Of a stretch of DNA of 42,058 nt, positions 18,190-27,236 are shown piece by piece. A program made the position numbers and the translations under genes. Source of the DNA: Nanobdellati archaeon (GTDB lineage Archaea > Nanobdellota > Nanobdellia > Woesearchaeales > JAADFO01). The notes beneath the pieces are model-generated. The model was not told the DNA's origin. It was given only the letters and a program-made list of their open reading frames with translations, and made no database searches. The first letter of the stretch is position 1. Every line of letters begins with the position of its first letter. The stretch is from contig JAADFO010000020.1 in NCBI GenBank assembly GCA_013152815.1, positions 1 to 42,058 of the forward strand. Reading direction: 5' to 3'.

Positions 18190-19671
18190 TCACTGCGGCT
18201 GGAGACGTTTCCTGCTCAAGGCGACGAACAGCCCATAGGCCAGGGGAACGACGACGACGCTCCACCCGATGGCAAGAGCCCAGCCAGGATAGCCTTCATA
18301 GGGACCCTCCATCTCCTTGATGAACTGCATCACCAACAGGAGGATGAGGACTGCGGGGATGACATATCGTATCAGATGGTCCCACCATGCTCCCATCTTC
18401 CACCGGCTGACACTGTTGATGTACTCCCGAAGCCTTCGTGCACCATAGACCCAGCCGACGGCAATGGCCTCGAAAAGACCGACGAGCACCAGGCCGAAAT
18501 TGGTGACAAAATGGTCCACGATGTCAAGGAAATAGAGGCCGGCATGGGTGACGAACAATGTCCCGAAGACGAAGGCAGTGAGGCATACCCCGAAGGCTAT
18601 CTTCTTGGTGCTCATGTCCCTGAACCGGTCCTTGATGACCGTATCGACCGCTTCCACAAGCGAGAAAGCGCTGTCGATGCCCAGGCTCAACAGGGTCAGG
18701 AAAAAGAGGGCAGAGAACAGCCAGGAAAGAGGCATCAACGCCAAGGCCTGGGGAAAGACCACGAAGGCAAGGCCCGGCCCCGATGTCACCACATCACCCA
18801 CGCTGACTCCTGTGGTCGTCGCCATGTAACCCAGGACAGAAAAGACCACAAAGCCAGCGAAGAGGCTGATGCCTGAGTTGGTCAGGGCGGTGATCCACGC
18901 ATCGCCGGTGATGTTCTGGTCCTTGCGGTTGAAGGACGCGTAGGCGATCATGACACCAAAGCCAAGAGAAAGAGTGAAGAATATCTGTGACGCCGCAGCC
19001 AGCCATATCTCAGTGCTCATGAGAGCAGAGAAATCAGGCGTGATGTAGAACAGGATGCCTGACAAGGCACCGTCGAGGGTGATGCCCCTGATGAAGATGA
19101 CCAGCAAGAGGATGATGGGAAGAGGCATGGTCACGAGGACGACCTTGCCGACGCTCTTGACCCCTTTCCGGACAGAAAGGTAGATGAGGACCCAGACGAC
19201 CAACAGAGCCGCGAACAGTGTCCAGTTGATGCCGCCGACATCGCCGACGCTCCCTGAAATGTGGAGGATGTGATCGAAGAAATACCCCTTGGCATCTCCT
19301 GCCCAGGGCATCTTTGCCTGGAAGGAATTGAAAAAGAACACCAACGCCCAGGCCATGACCGCTGCATAGTAGACGACCACCACAAAGCCTGAGAAGATGG
19401 CCATGGTTCCTATGCCGCCGAGCCGATGATGGATGCTCCGGAAGGCGGCGACAGCACCTTTCTGGAGCTTCTGGCCGAGGGCGAACTCGAGGATCAGGAG
19501 AGGAACCCCCAAGATGAAGAGAGCGATGAGGTAAGGGACGAGGAAAGCCCCCCCGCCATACTTGTAGGCGAGATAGGGAAAACGCCAGACATTGCCCAGG
19601 CCGACAGCGCTGCCGATGGCAGCGAAAAGAAAGATCATACGGGAGGACCAACGGGCTCTCTGTTCCATCAT
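18190..19671 (-). CDS. Sodium-dependent transporter, NSS/SNF family
   Basis: AIGSAVGLGNVWRFPY, GGGAFL.PY, QIFFTLSLGFG. Confidence 0.97.
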   Translation of the reverse strand: MMEQRARWSSRMIFLFAAIGSAVGLGNVWRFPYLAYKYGGGAFLVPYLIALFILGVPLLILEFALGQKLQKGAVAAFRSIHHRLGGIGTMAIFSGFVVVVYYAAVMAWALVFFFNSFQAKMPWAGDAKGYFFDHILHISGSVGDVGGINWTLFAALLVVWVLIYLSVRKGVKSVGKVVLVTMPLPIILLLVIFIRGITLDGALSGILFYITPDFSALMSTEIWLAAASQIFFTLSLGFGVMIAYASFNRKDQNITGDAWITALTNSGISLFAGFVVFSVLGYMATTTGVSVGDVVTSGPGLAFVVFPQALALMPLSWLFSALFFLTLLSLGIDSAFSLVEAVDTVIKDRFRDMSTKKIAFGVCLTAFVFGTLFVTHAGLYFLDIVDHFVTNFGLVLVGLFEAIAVGWVYGARRLREYINSVSRWKMGAWWDHLIRYVIPAVLILLLVMQFIKEMEGPYEGYPGWALAIGWSVVVVPLAYGLFVALSRKRLQPQ

Positions 19672-19774
19672 AACACCTCTTTTATGCGGATAAGCACCAG
19701 ATCACAGGACCAGGTCATACGGATAGGCAGCAGGGAGGCAGACACTTTAAATAAGTTTTGGACATATGGACGCA

Positions 19775-20311
19775 TCATCGAACATCCATCCAACCTCTGA
19801 CGAGCCTGTGCTGGTCCTTCACTCTCCTGACATATTCCTCGCCGAGCTCCTTCCGGAACCGGTCGATGACATAATCGATATCCTTCTCGACATCATAGGC
19901 GACAAGGTTGTCGGCGTAGGAGATGATGACCTCTTCCTTGGTCTGGGGCAAGAAGTCCTCTTTCGGCAGAGGCAACCCCTGCTTCTCGATGTCTTCCCGG
20001 GAGATGCCTACACCGATATGGGTCTCGCAGACCCGGGCATGGGCAGGAAGGCCTTCCTTGCGGAGCATCTTTCCGCCTTCGATACCATGCCTGATAGAAC
20101 CTTTTCCAGGAGGATAGCGGAAACGGCCGATGTCATGGAGCAGGGCAGCAGACCGCACAAAGTCCACATCGACTCCGGGACATTGCCTCGCGATCCTGAC
20201 AGCCACCTCCTTGACCGTCTGCACATGCCTGAGGAGGAGATCATAGCTGGCTTCGCTGGGTGCATGGCGACGGAGCAGGGCGAGTGCCTGCTGTTCAGAG
20301 AGCTTTTCCAT
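19775..20311 (-). CDS. HD-domain (HDIG) phosphohydrolase
   Basis: H...LLHDIG...H...HIG...AD. Confidence 0.93.
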   Translation of the reverse strand: MEKLSEQQALALLRRHAPSEASYDLLLRHVQTVKEVAVRIARQCPGVDVDFVRSAALLHDIGRFRYPPGKGSIRHGIEGGKMLRKEGLPAHARVCETHIGVGISREDIEKQGLPLPKEDFLPQTKEEVIISYADNLVAYDVEKDIDYVIDRFRKELGEEYVRRVKDQHRLVRGWMDVR

Positions 20312-20504
20312 GCCAAGCCCTTACTTCCCGGCAGTATATATGTATTTTGTATCATGGGCGTGCGTATCATAGACAAGGAAGAGCAGAGCCACAGCATCCA
20401 CTAGATTTATAAAGCCAAATAATATCTTGAAGGACAACAAGAAGAAAGAAAGCGACAAGAAAGCGTCAAGAAGAGAAAGGCAAGAAGCAAAAAAAAGAGG
20501 TCCT

Positions 20505-21497
20505 ATGCCCTTGATGGAAACCTATCGCCAGACAAAGGCAGACTGGAAACGTTTTCTAGAAGCACTCATGAAAGGCAGGGAGCTCATAGCTCCGGTGAAG
20601 AGAGACCTCGTACGTTTCGAGCGGGTCAAGGACATCGAGGACATCCACCTGAAAAGCATGTCCTATTTCCCTGCAAAGCACTGGTTCTTCCCTGAAGAGC
20701 AGACCCTGTTCCGTTTCTCCAAGAAAGGCTTCGAGATGCCCAAGCAGAAAGAGCCTCGCAGGGTGTTCTTCGGACTACGGAAATGCGATCTCAACGCCAT
20801 CAAGCATCAGGACATGGTCTTCATCAAGCAGGCAAAGGATCCCTACTACAAAGCACTACGGAAAAAATCTTTGCTATTAGGATACCATTGCAGGACCGCG
20901 CCCTCGCCGTTCTGCTTCTGCGAATCGTTGGGATTGCCTGATTTCTTCGACCTTCTCTATTACGAGCGAAAGGATCATTTCGTGGTAGAGGTCGGGTCGG
21001 CGAAGGGAAAGGCGCTGGTCAAGAAATACGGAAGATGGTTCCACGCCGAGAAGGGACTCACCCCAGAGCAACGCAGGATCAAGAATGCTGACACGCTTGA
21101 GGAGACAGACATAGGAAGGTTCTACGACCATCCAGGATGGAAAGAAGGCGTGAACCTCTGTCTCTCCTGCGGAGCATGCACAGCACTCTGTCCGACCTGC
21201 TACTGCCACTCCATCCATGACGAGGTGACCGTGGCAGACCCGGGCAGCGGCGAACGGAAAAGGCAATGGTCAAGCTGCCAGCTCCAGGGCTTTACCAAAG
21301 TGGCAGGAGGCCATGTCTTCAGGAAAGACAGGGAGTCAAGGTTCAAGCACCGGATCTACCACCAGCTGGAATGGTTCAGGGAAAAGAACAAGGTTCCCCT
21401 ATGCACAGGCTGCGGTCGGTGCATCCAGGGCTGCCCGACGAGGATCGACTGGGTAAGCATGATCAACAGGATGAAAGATGACGAACACAGGACATAG
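20505..21497 (+). CDS. hydB: Group 3b [NiFe] (sulf)hydrogenase beta subunit, 4Fe-4S
   Basis: CLSCGACTALCPTCYC and CTGCGRCIQGCP; GAGGT SD before ATG 20505. Confidence 0.92.
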   Translation: MPLMETYRQTKADWKRFLEALMKGRELIAPVKRDLVRFERVKDIEDIHLKSMSYFPAKHWFFPEEQTLFRFSKKGFEMPKQKEPRRVFFGLRKCDLNAIKHQDMVFIKQAKDPYYKALRKKSLLLGYHCRTAPSPFCFCESLGLPDFFDLLYYERKDHFVVEVGSAKGKALVKKYGRWFHAEKGLTPEQRRIKNADTLEETDIGRFYDHPGWKEGVNLCLSCGACTALCPTCYCHSIHDEVTVADPGSGERKRQWSSCQLQGFTKVAGGHVFRKDRESRFKHRIYHQLEWFREKNKVPLCTGCGRCIQGCPTRIDWVSMINRMKDDEHRT

Positions 21498-22302
21498 CCA
21501 GGAAGAGAACCCTCTCCAGCCCAGGCCATACCGTGTGAGGGAATACTATCGGGAGACGCCCGACACCTTCACGCTCACCATAGATATGGCTGTCGACCAT
21601 GACCCTGGCCAGTTCGTGCAGGTGAGCCTTCCCGGCATCGGAGAGAGCCCCATCTCGATCTGTTCGGACTCCAGGAAGTTCATCAAGCTCAACATCAGGG
21701 AAGTGGGCAGGGTGACGAGAGAGCTTGCAGGACTACGGAAAGGGGACACCGTCTTCCTTCGGGGCCCCTATGGCAAGGGATATCCTATGGAGCAGCTCAG
21801 GGGCAATGACCTCATCATCGTCGGGGGAGGATGCGGAATCGCTCCGTTGAAAGGCACCATCGACTATATCGAGAACCACCGGGAAGCGTATGGAGAAGTC
21901 AACCTGTTCATCGGCTACCGTTCCCCCAAGGACATCATCTTCTCCAGAGAACTGGAGGAATGGCAGCAGAAGTACCACCTCCATGTCATGGTCGACCAGA
22001 ACCCCGCAGGGGAGTTCTGCTACGACGGCAGGACCGGGTTCGTGACCGAAGCCATCAGGGAGAAGGTGCAGGACAACCGCAACAAGGTGGTGTTCATCTG
22101 CGGCCCGCCGGTCATGATGAGAGCAGTCATAGGAATCCTCCAGGAGAAGGGCTTCAACGACGACCAGATCTTCGTCTCTGCAGAACGGCTCATGTTCTGC
22201 GCCATCGGGGTCTGCTGCCATTGCATGATAAAGGGGAAGTTCACATGCATCGACGGTCCGGTATTCAGGTATGACCAGATCAAGGAGGATGAGCAGGAAT
22301 GA
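21478..22302 (+). CDS. hydG: Group 3b hydrogenase gamma subunit (FAD/NAD(P), 2Fe-2S)
   Basis: PGQF, RGPYGKG, GGGCG, ICGP, CAIGVCCHC...CIDGPVF. Confidence 0.93.
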   Translation: MTNTGHSQEENPLQPRPYRVREYYRETPDTFTLTIDMAVDHDPGQFVQVSLPGIGESPISICSDSRKFIKLNIREVGRVTRELAGLRKGDTVFLRGPYGKGYPMEQLRGNDLIIVGGGCGIAPLKGTIDYIENHREAYGEVNLFIGYRSPKDIIFSRELEEWQQKYHLHVMVDQNPAGEFCYDGRTGFVTEAIREKVQDNRNKVVFICGPPVMMRAVIGILQEKGFNDDQIFVSAERLMFCAIGVCCHCMIKGKFTCIDGPVFRYDQIKEDEQE

Positions 22303-23099
22303 GCAGAGCAAAGAATCCTGGAAAGCCAAGACAGCCCAAGAAGCTCAGGGTCGGCATCTATGGGATAACAGGCTGCGCAGGCTGCCAACTCTCCATCATC
22401 TTCAACGAGGATGATATACTGGACCTGCTCGATCTCGTCGACCTCCAGGCATTCCCCTTCATCAAAGAGGTCAATGCAGACCAGCATTTCGACTGGGTGA
22501 TCGTCGAAGGCCTGGTCGCCTCTGAACAGGATCTCGCGACGGTCAAGAAGCTGCGCAGGAACGCGAAATACCTCGTGTCGCTCGGTGCGTGCGCGGCCAC
22601 CGGCTGCGTGCCGGCATACCGGCAGTTCACCCTGAAAGAGAACTATGAACATCTCCTGTACAGGAAACAGAAGCGCCTCAAAGATGTCGAACCGACACCC
22701 ATCGATGCACACGTCAAAGTGGACTATTATATACCGGGCTGCCCGCCGGACAAGAAAGAGATACTGGGCTTCTTCACCGCGATCGCGAGAGGGATCGAAC
22801 CCAGGGGGACCGACAATCCGGTCTGCGTCGAATGCCGGAAGAACGGAAACGCCTGTCTCCTGGACCAGGGAAAGCCCTGCCTCGGGCCCATCACTGCAGG
22901 CGGCTGCCATGCGGTCTGCATCAACGGAGGGCTGGAATGCTGGGGCTGTCGCGGCCCCACCAAAGACATGAACCTCAACCTCATGATCGACATCCTCCGG
23001 AAGAAAGGCTTCGACGACAGGTTCATCCGTGATAGGATGCGGACCTTTGCCGGCCTCAAGCTGCCGACGCTCAACAGGATATTCCACGGAAAAGGATGA
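22299..23099 (+). CDS. hydD: Group 3b hydrogenase small (delta) subunit
   Basis: GCAGC, VEG, GACA, PGCPP, CVEC...CLGPIT..GC...C...CWGC. Confidence 0.93.
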   Translation: MSRAKNPGKPRQPKKLRVGIYGITGCAGCQLSIIFNEDDILDLLDLVDLQAFPFIKEVNADQHFDWVIVEGLVASEQDLATVKKLRRNAKYLVSLGACAATGCVPAYRQFTLKENYEHLLYRKQKRLKDVEPTPIDAHVKVDYYIPGCPPDKKEILGFFTAIARGIEPRGTDNPVCVECRKNGNACLLDQGKPCLGPITAGGCHAVCINGGLECWGCRGPTKDMNLNLMIDILRKKGFDDRFIRDRMRTFAGLKLPTLNRIFHGKG

Positions 23100-23134
23100 T
23101 GAACACCCGATAAAAGGGATGGACAGGGCACCAC

Positions 23135-24409
23135 ATGACACGCACGATAAAACTGGACCACATCTGCAAGATCGAAGGGCACGCCTCCCTCACGCTCTCC
23201 ATAGACAAGGGCAGGCTGAAAAGATGCGAACTGGGAGCCACCGAAGGGGCAAGATATTTTGAGGGCATCGTCAGAGGACGGAAATACAACGAAGCCCATG
23301 AGCTGACCTCGAGGATATGCGGCATCTGTTCGTCTGCCCATGTGGTCTGCGCATTGCACGCCATCGAGGATGCGCTGGGGATGAAGACGAGCAGACAGAC
23401 AGAAGATCTAAGGGTCCTGCTGACCCTTGCCGAACGCATCCGTTCCCATGCCACCCACCTCTACTTCCTCGCCCTGCCTGATTATCTCGGCTATGAATCA
23501 GCCCTGGCCATGGCACCGAAGTTCAAGAAGGAACTGCAGCAGGCATTGCGGATCATGAAGACAGGGAACCGGCTCAACGCCCTGCTCGCAGGACGGGACC
23601 TCCATCCGGTATCGGCGACCGTCGGAGGCTGGCTCAAGCTCCCCAGGACAGAAGAGCTGCGAAGCATGGCCAAAGAGCTCAAGGCAGTCAAGAAAGATGC
23701 CATCGCCACCTGCAGGCTGTTCTTCTCGCTCGAGCAGCCGACCATGGAGACCGAGAGCGAGTTCTTCTCCCTCAAAGACAGGAAAGGGTTCGCTGTCCTC
23801 AGAGGAGATTTTACCTCAGCACAGGCATCCTTCCCCAAGGAGCAGTACCTCGACTTCATCAGGGAATACCACCGACCCTATTCGACGGCAAACTTCGTCG
23901 TCAAGGACGAGAAAAGGTACATGGTGGGCGCGTTGGCAAGGTTCAACAACAACGGGGAGCAGCTCTCCCCTTCTGCAAGGAAGATGCTCAGGGAATCAGG
24001 CATCGCCTTGCCCTCCCGGAACCCGTTCATCAACAACCTCTGCCAGGCCATCGAGATCGTCCATTGCATCGACCATGCCATCGACCTCTGCGCTACCATC
24101 ACCATCAAGCAGGAGAAGCCGAAGAAGGCAAGAGTCAGAGCAGGCAGGGGCGTAGGATGCATCGAAGTCCCCCGGGGGACGCTCTGGCACGATTATACGT
24201 TGGATGAGCAGGGCATCATCATCAACGCCAACATCATCACGCCGACGGCCCAGAACCTCCTCTCTGCCCAGGAGGACATCAGGACATTCGTCTCCGGCCA
24301 TCTGGACATGAAGAAAGACGAACTCATCATGGCTGTCGAGAAGCTCATCAGGGCCTATGACCCCTGCTTCTCCTGCTCTGCCCATTTCCTAGAGGTGAAA
24401 TGGGAGTGA
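23135..24409 (+). CDS. hydA: Group 3b [NiFe] hydrogenase large (alpha) subunit
   Basis: L1 RICGICSSAH, EVPRG, L2 DPCFSCSAH plus a short cleavable tail. Confidence 0.96.
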   Translation: MTRTIKLDHICKIEGHASLTLSIDKGRLKRCELGATEGARYFEGIVRGRKYNEAHELTSRICGICSSAHVVCALHAIEDALGMKTSRQTEDLRVLLTLAERIRSHATHLYFLALPDYLGYESALAMAPKFKKELQQALRIMKTGNRLNALLAGRDLHPVSATVGGWLKLPRTEELRSMAKELKAVKKDAIATCRLFFSLEQPTMETESEFFSLKDRKGFAVLRGDFTSAQASFPKEQYLDFIREYHRPYSTANFVVKDEKRYMVGALARFNNNGEQLSPSARKMLRESGIALPSRNPFINNLCQAIEIVHCIDHAIDLCATITIKQEKPKKARVRAGRGVGCIEVPRGTLWHDYTLDEQGIIINANIITPTAQNLLSAQEDIRTFVSGHLDMKKDELIMAVEKLIRAYDPCFSCSAHFLEVKWE

Positions 24410-24414
24410 AGAAG

Positions 24415-24771
24415 ATGTATGTCTTCGGGAACGAGCACCTTCCGGAGGATGCCTTCGCGTTGAAGGTGGCGGACCACCTCCGTCTGCAGGGTGTCTCCAT
24501 CGTGCACTGCACGACCCCGGAGAGCCTGCTCGAGGCAGAGGAGGACGAGCTCATCATCCTCGACGTGGTCAAGGACCTCGCAGAACCTGCAGTGATAGAC
24601 CCGGACAGGATCAGGACCAACAGGATGATGTCTCTCCATGACCTTGATGTCGGGCATATCATCGAGCTCGGACAGGCCATGGGCATCATCAAAAAGCTTA
24701 AAATCATCGGGGTTCCCCAGAAAGGGAATCCGCAAAAAATCGCAGAACAGGTGAAGCAATGGATACCATGA
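24415..24771 (+). CDS. Short hydrogenase maturation protease (HycI/HyaD-like); start could also be 24400 or 24406
   Basis: FGNEHLPED, IILD, SLHD; directly follows the large subunit. Confidence 0.75.
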   Translation: MYVFGNEHLPEDAFALKVADHLRLQGVSIVHCTTPESLLEAEEDELIILDVVKDLAEPAVIDPDRIRTNRMMSLHDLDVGHIIELGQAMGIIKKLKIIGVPQKGNPQKIAEQVKQWIP

Positions 24772-25703
24772 AACAAAACAGTCTCCTGAAAAGGAACGGT
24801 CTGCTGCTGGTCAGTTTCACAGCGCTCATCTCAGGCATCTCCATCTTCGTCAACGGTTTCGGCGTGAAGGGCTTCGACAGCTCGGTGTTCACGTTCTCGA
24901 AGAACCTGATGGTGGCGCTCCTGCTTGCAGGCATCCTCCTGGGCTTCAGGGAATGGAAGCACATCAGGGAATTGACCGGAAAACAGTGGAGACAGCTGAG
25001 CATCGTCGGCCTGGTGGGCGGGAGCATACCGTTCCTGCTGTTCTTCAAAGGGCTGCAGATGACGACCGGAAAGACCTCAGGATTCATCCACAAGACCCTG
25101 TTCATCTATGCGACCATCCTGGCCATCATCTTCCTCAAAGAACGGTGGAACAGGAATCTTGTCCTGGGCATCACCGGCATCATGGCCGGCAACTACCTGC
25201 TCATCAGGCCTGACCTGACATTCAGCACAGGTCACATCCTTATCCTCCTGGCGACCCTTTTCTGGGCCGCGGAGAACGTCTACGCCAAGAAGGTGATGAG
25301 GGAACTGTCAGGCACGGTCGTCGGCTTCGGCAGGATGGCCTTCGGGAGCGCATTCATCTTCGTCTATCTTCTTGTCACAGGAAAGACAGAGACCATCGTC
25401 TCGATGAACGCCTCCCAGTACCTATGGATCCTGGTCACCTCGGCATTCCTGCTGCTCTATGTCTTCACCTACTACAACGGCCTGAGACAGGTACGGGTAA
25501 GCACAGCGACGGGCATCCTGGCCCTGGGCAGTCCCATCACGACCCTGCTCGCATTCCTGTTCACCGGAAAGGTCATCTCTGCCAGCGCGGCAGGCGGCAT
25601 GCTGCTCATCATCGTCGGTGTAGCCGCCATCGTCTGGGGAGTCCCACTCTCGACACTGAAGGACAGCCAGGGTGTGCAGGGTGTGGTGCATGGACGGAGC
25701 TGA
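24768..25703 (+). CDS. DMT/EamA family transporter
   Basis: About 10 TM in two repeats; FLKER motif; ATGA-coupled to the protease gene. Confidence 0.9.
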   Translation: MKQNSLLKRNGLLLVSFTALISGISIFVNGFGVKGFDSSVFTFSKNLMVALLLAGILLGFREWKHIRELTGKQWRQLSIVGLVGGSIPFLLFFKGLQMTTGKTSGFIHKTLFIYATILAIIFLKERWNRNLVLGITGIMAGNYLLIRPDLTFSTGHILILLATLFWAAENVYAKKVMRELSGTVVGFGRMAFGSAFIFVYLLVTGKTETIVSMNASQYLWILVTSAFLLLYVFTYYNGLRQVRVSTATGILALGSPITTLLAFLFTGKVISASAAGGMLLIIVGVAAIVWGVPLSTLKDSQGVQGVVHGRS

Positions 25704-26421
25704 ACTCTGCATACGTTTTGCCTACATAACGAACAAGCTACGTTACTGCGGACCGGAGAAGGCACAGCCAGCATTCCATCGCTATCTGCTGCACCGAGAC
25801 AACCTTCCCGAGGTGCGGGAGGACATCAGACGCTTCGAAGGGCTCTATCCCTACCTTGATGCCATAGCGAAGAAGGCAGGGAAAGACTTCCTCGACAGGG
25901 AGGTGGTCGAAGCCTACTGGCTGGGCAATGGACTGCTCGACGGTTTTTCTGACGCAGAGATGAAGGACGTCATCAGGAGCCTGGAGGCGAGGGGACTGCC
26001 AGCCTCCATCGCCAGGAAACGCATCGATGAACTTCCGCAGGGGATGTTTCCCCACCATGACTTCAATGTCTTCTACGTCGGGGTGGGCAACATCACCCAG
26101 AGTGTGGAAGCTACCCTGCCGAACATGGACAACTGCAGGATCGGCTGGGGAAAGGTGGTCGAGGTGGTCTCCAAGGACACTGCCCTGGTGATGACCCCGG
26201 CCCTGCAGAAGAAAAAAGGGAAGATAGCGATGGGCAAAGAAGAGCCAAAGACCGTCGTGTTCCTGCCGGAGGTCACCTCGGTTGCAGAAGGCGACCTCGT
26301 CGCACTCCACTGGGGATTTATCGTGATGAGACTGAGCAGGGAGCAACAGTACCGGCTGCAGACATATCAAGAAAGGCTGCTGAGACAGCTAGGCGGACCA
26401 GGAAATCAGCCTGTGGCCTGA
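25690..26421 (+). CDS. DUF6390-like protein
   Basis: RFAY..N.L.YCGP, FEGLYPYL, VVEAYWLG, PHH.F.V, MDNCRI.WG, GD.VALHWG. Confidence 0.75.
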   Translation: MDGAELCIRFAYITNKLRYCGPEKAQPAFHRYLLHRDNLPEVREDIRRFEGLYPYLDAIAKKAGKDFLDREVVEAYWLGNGLLDGFSDAEMKDVIRSLEARGLPASIARKRIDELPQGMFPHHDFNVFYVGVGNITQSVEATLPNMDNCRIGWGKVVEVVSKDTALVMTPALQKKKGKIAMGKEEPKTVVFLPEVTSVAEGDLVALHWGFIVMRLSREQQYRLQTYQERLLRQLGGPGNQPVA

Positions 26422-26615
26422 CGGTAGAGCGCAAGAGCGTCCTCGGCCTCTTTTCGAGGGACCTTCTCGATGACAATACCGCCCTGGATGATGACATAGT
26501 CGTCCACAGCAAAACCGTCGGCGATGAGCTTTCCCGGGCGTCGTTCTGACCCGTAGTCGACGATGGCCATGTCCTTCTCTATCTTCACGATCCTCCCGGG
26601 CACAGCAAGGCACAT
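26406..26615 (-). CDS. hypC: HypC/HybG hydrogenase chaperone
   Basis: MCLAVPGRIV N-terminus; TGATG overlap with hypA. Confidence 0.9.
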   Translation of the reverse strand: MCLAVPGRIVKIEKDMAIVDYGSERRPGKLIADGFAVDDYVIIQGGIVIEKVPRKEAEDALALYRQATG

Positions 26616-26938
26616 CAGTCCTTCACCTCGACACTCTGGATCCTGATGTCTGTGCCCGAGATCAGGTCGGGCATGGACTTGCATTCCGGGCATTCGATGA
26701 GGAAGTGGTCGTGGCCCCGTTCGAGGATGGTGGGATGGCCGATGAACCCGCAGGAGCAGGTCGCCTTCGCCGGCACCTCGTGCCATTCGATACGCCAGGA
26801 CACCATCTTCCTGAGCGCTTCGACAAGGTCTTTGCCAGGGACATGGGCAAGCTCTCCTATCTCCAGATGGATGGCCTCGACGTCTCCGTATTTCCTGGCT
26901 TCCTTGATGATCTTCTCTGCGAAGGCTATCTCATGCAT
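26615..26938 (-). CDS. hypA: HypA nickel metallochaperone
   Basis: MHE N-terminus, IGEL, CSC...CPEC. Confidence 0.93.
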   Translation of the reverse strand: MHEIAFAEKIIKEARKYGDVEAIHLEIGELAHVPGKDLVEALRKMVSWRIEWHEVPAKATCSCGFIGHPTILERGHDHFLIECPECKSMPDLISGTDIRIQSVEVKD

Positions 26939-26994
26939 GCAGACACCAGAGGGAGCGGAGTTTATAAGAATTTCTGGAATCAGTTAAAAAAGCC

Positions 26995-27098
26995 AGTTAA
27001 AAAAAAAGAGGCTCCCCGAGGGTTGATGAGGGGGGTGGTTGGTTAGAAATTAGGGTTTCAGGGAGCCCTTGGCGGTTAGAGAGTGAATTTCTCTAATC
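26995..27098 (-). ncRNA. Candidate sRNA 1 (C-rich loop hairpin plus U-tract)
   Basis: TATA TTTATATA at 27118-27125; 5' hairpin 27076-27096; 11-bp stem with G-U pairs only on the minus strand; followed by T9; no ORF. Confidence 0.55.
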
Positions 27099-27143
27099 AC
27101 ATCAATAGCATAGGAACTATATAAAGGTTTCTATTTTGAGCTA

Positions 27144-27167
27144 CCAGTATAGTTAAAGGTATACTGG
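27144..27167. promoter_or_regulatory. Palindromic operator-like site CCAGTATA-N8-TATACTGG
   Basis: Perfect 8-bp inverted repeat just upstream of the 27118-27125 TATA box. Confidence 0.45.
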
Positions 27168-27236
27168 AATGAGGGAAAAGTTGACTTCATTTATAAAGGG
27201 AAGAAAAGAAAGGGAAGAGAAGGAAGAGCACAAGGA

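Noticed and set aside
22020..23141. 373-aa minus-strand ORF
   Set aside because: Antisense to hydG/hydD
26616..26786. Long N-terminus of HypC in the ORF track
   Set aside because: HypC needs Cys at position 2; the extension overlaps hypA
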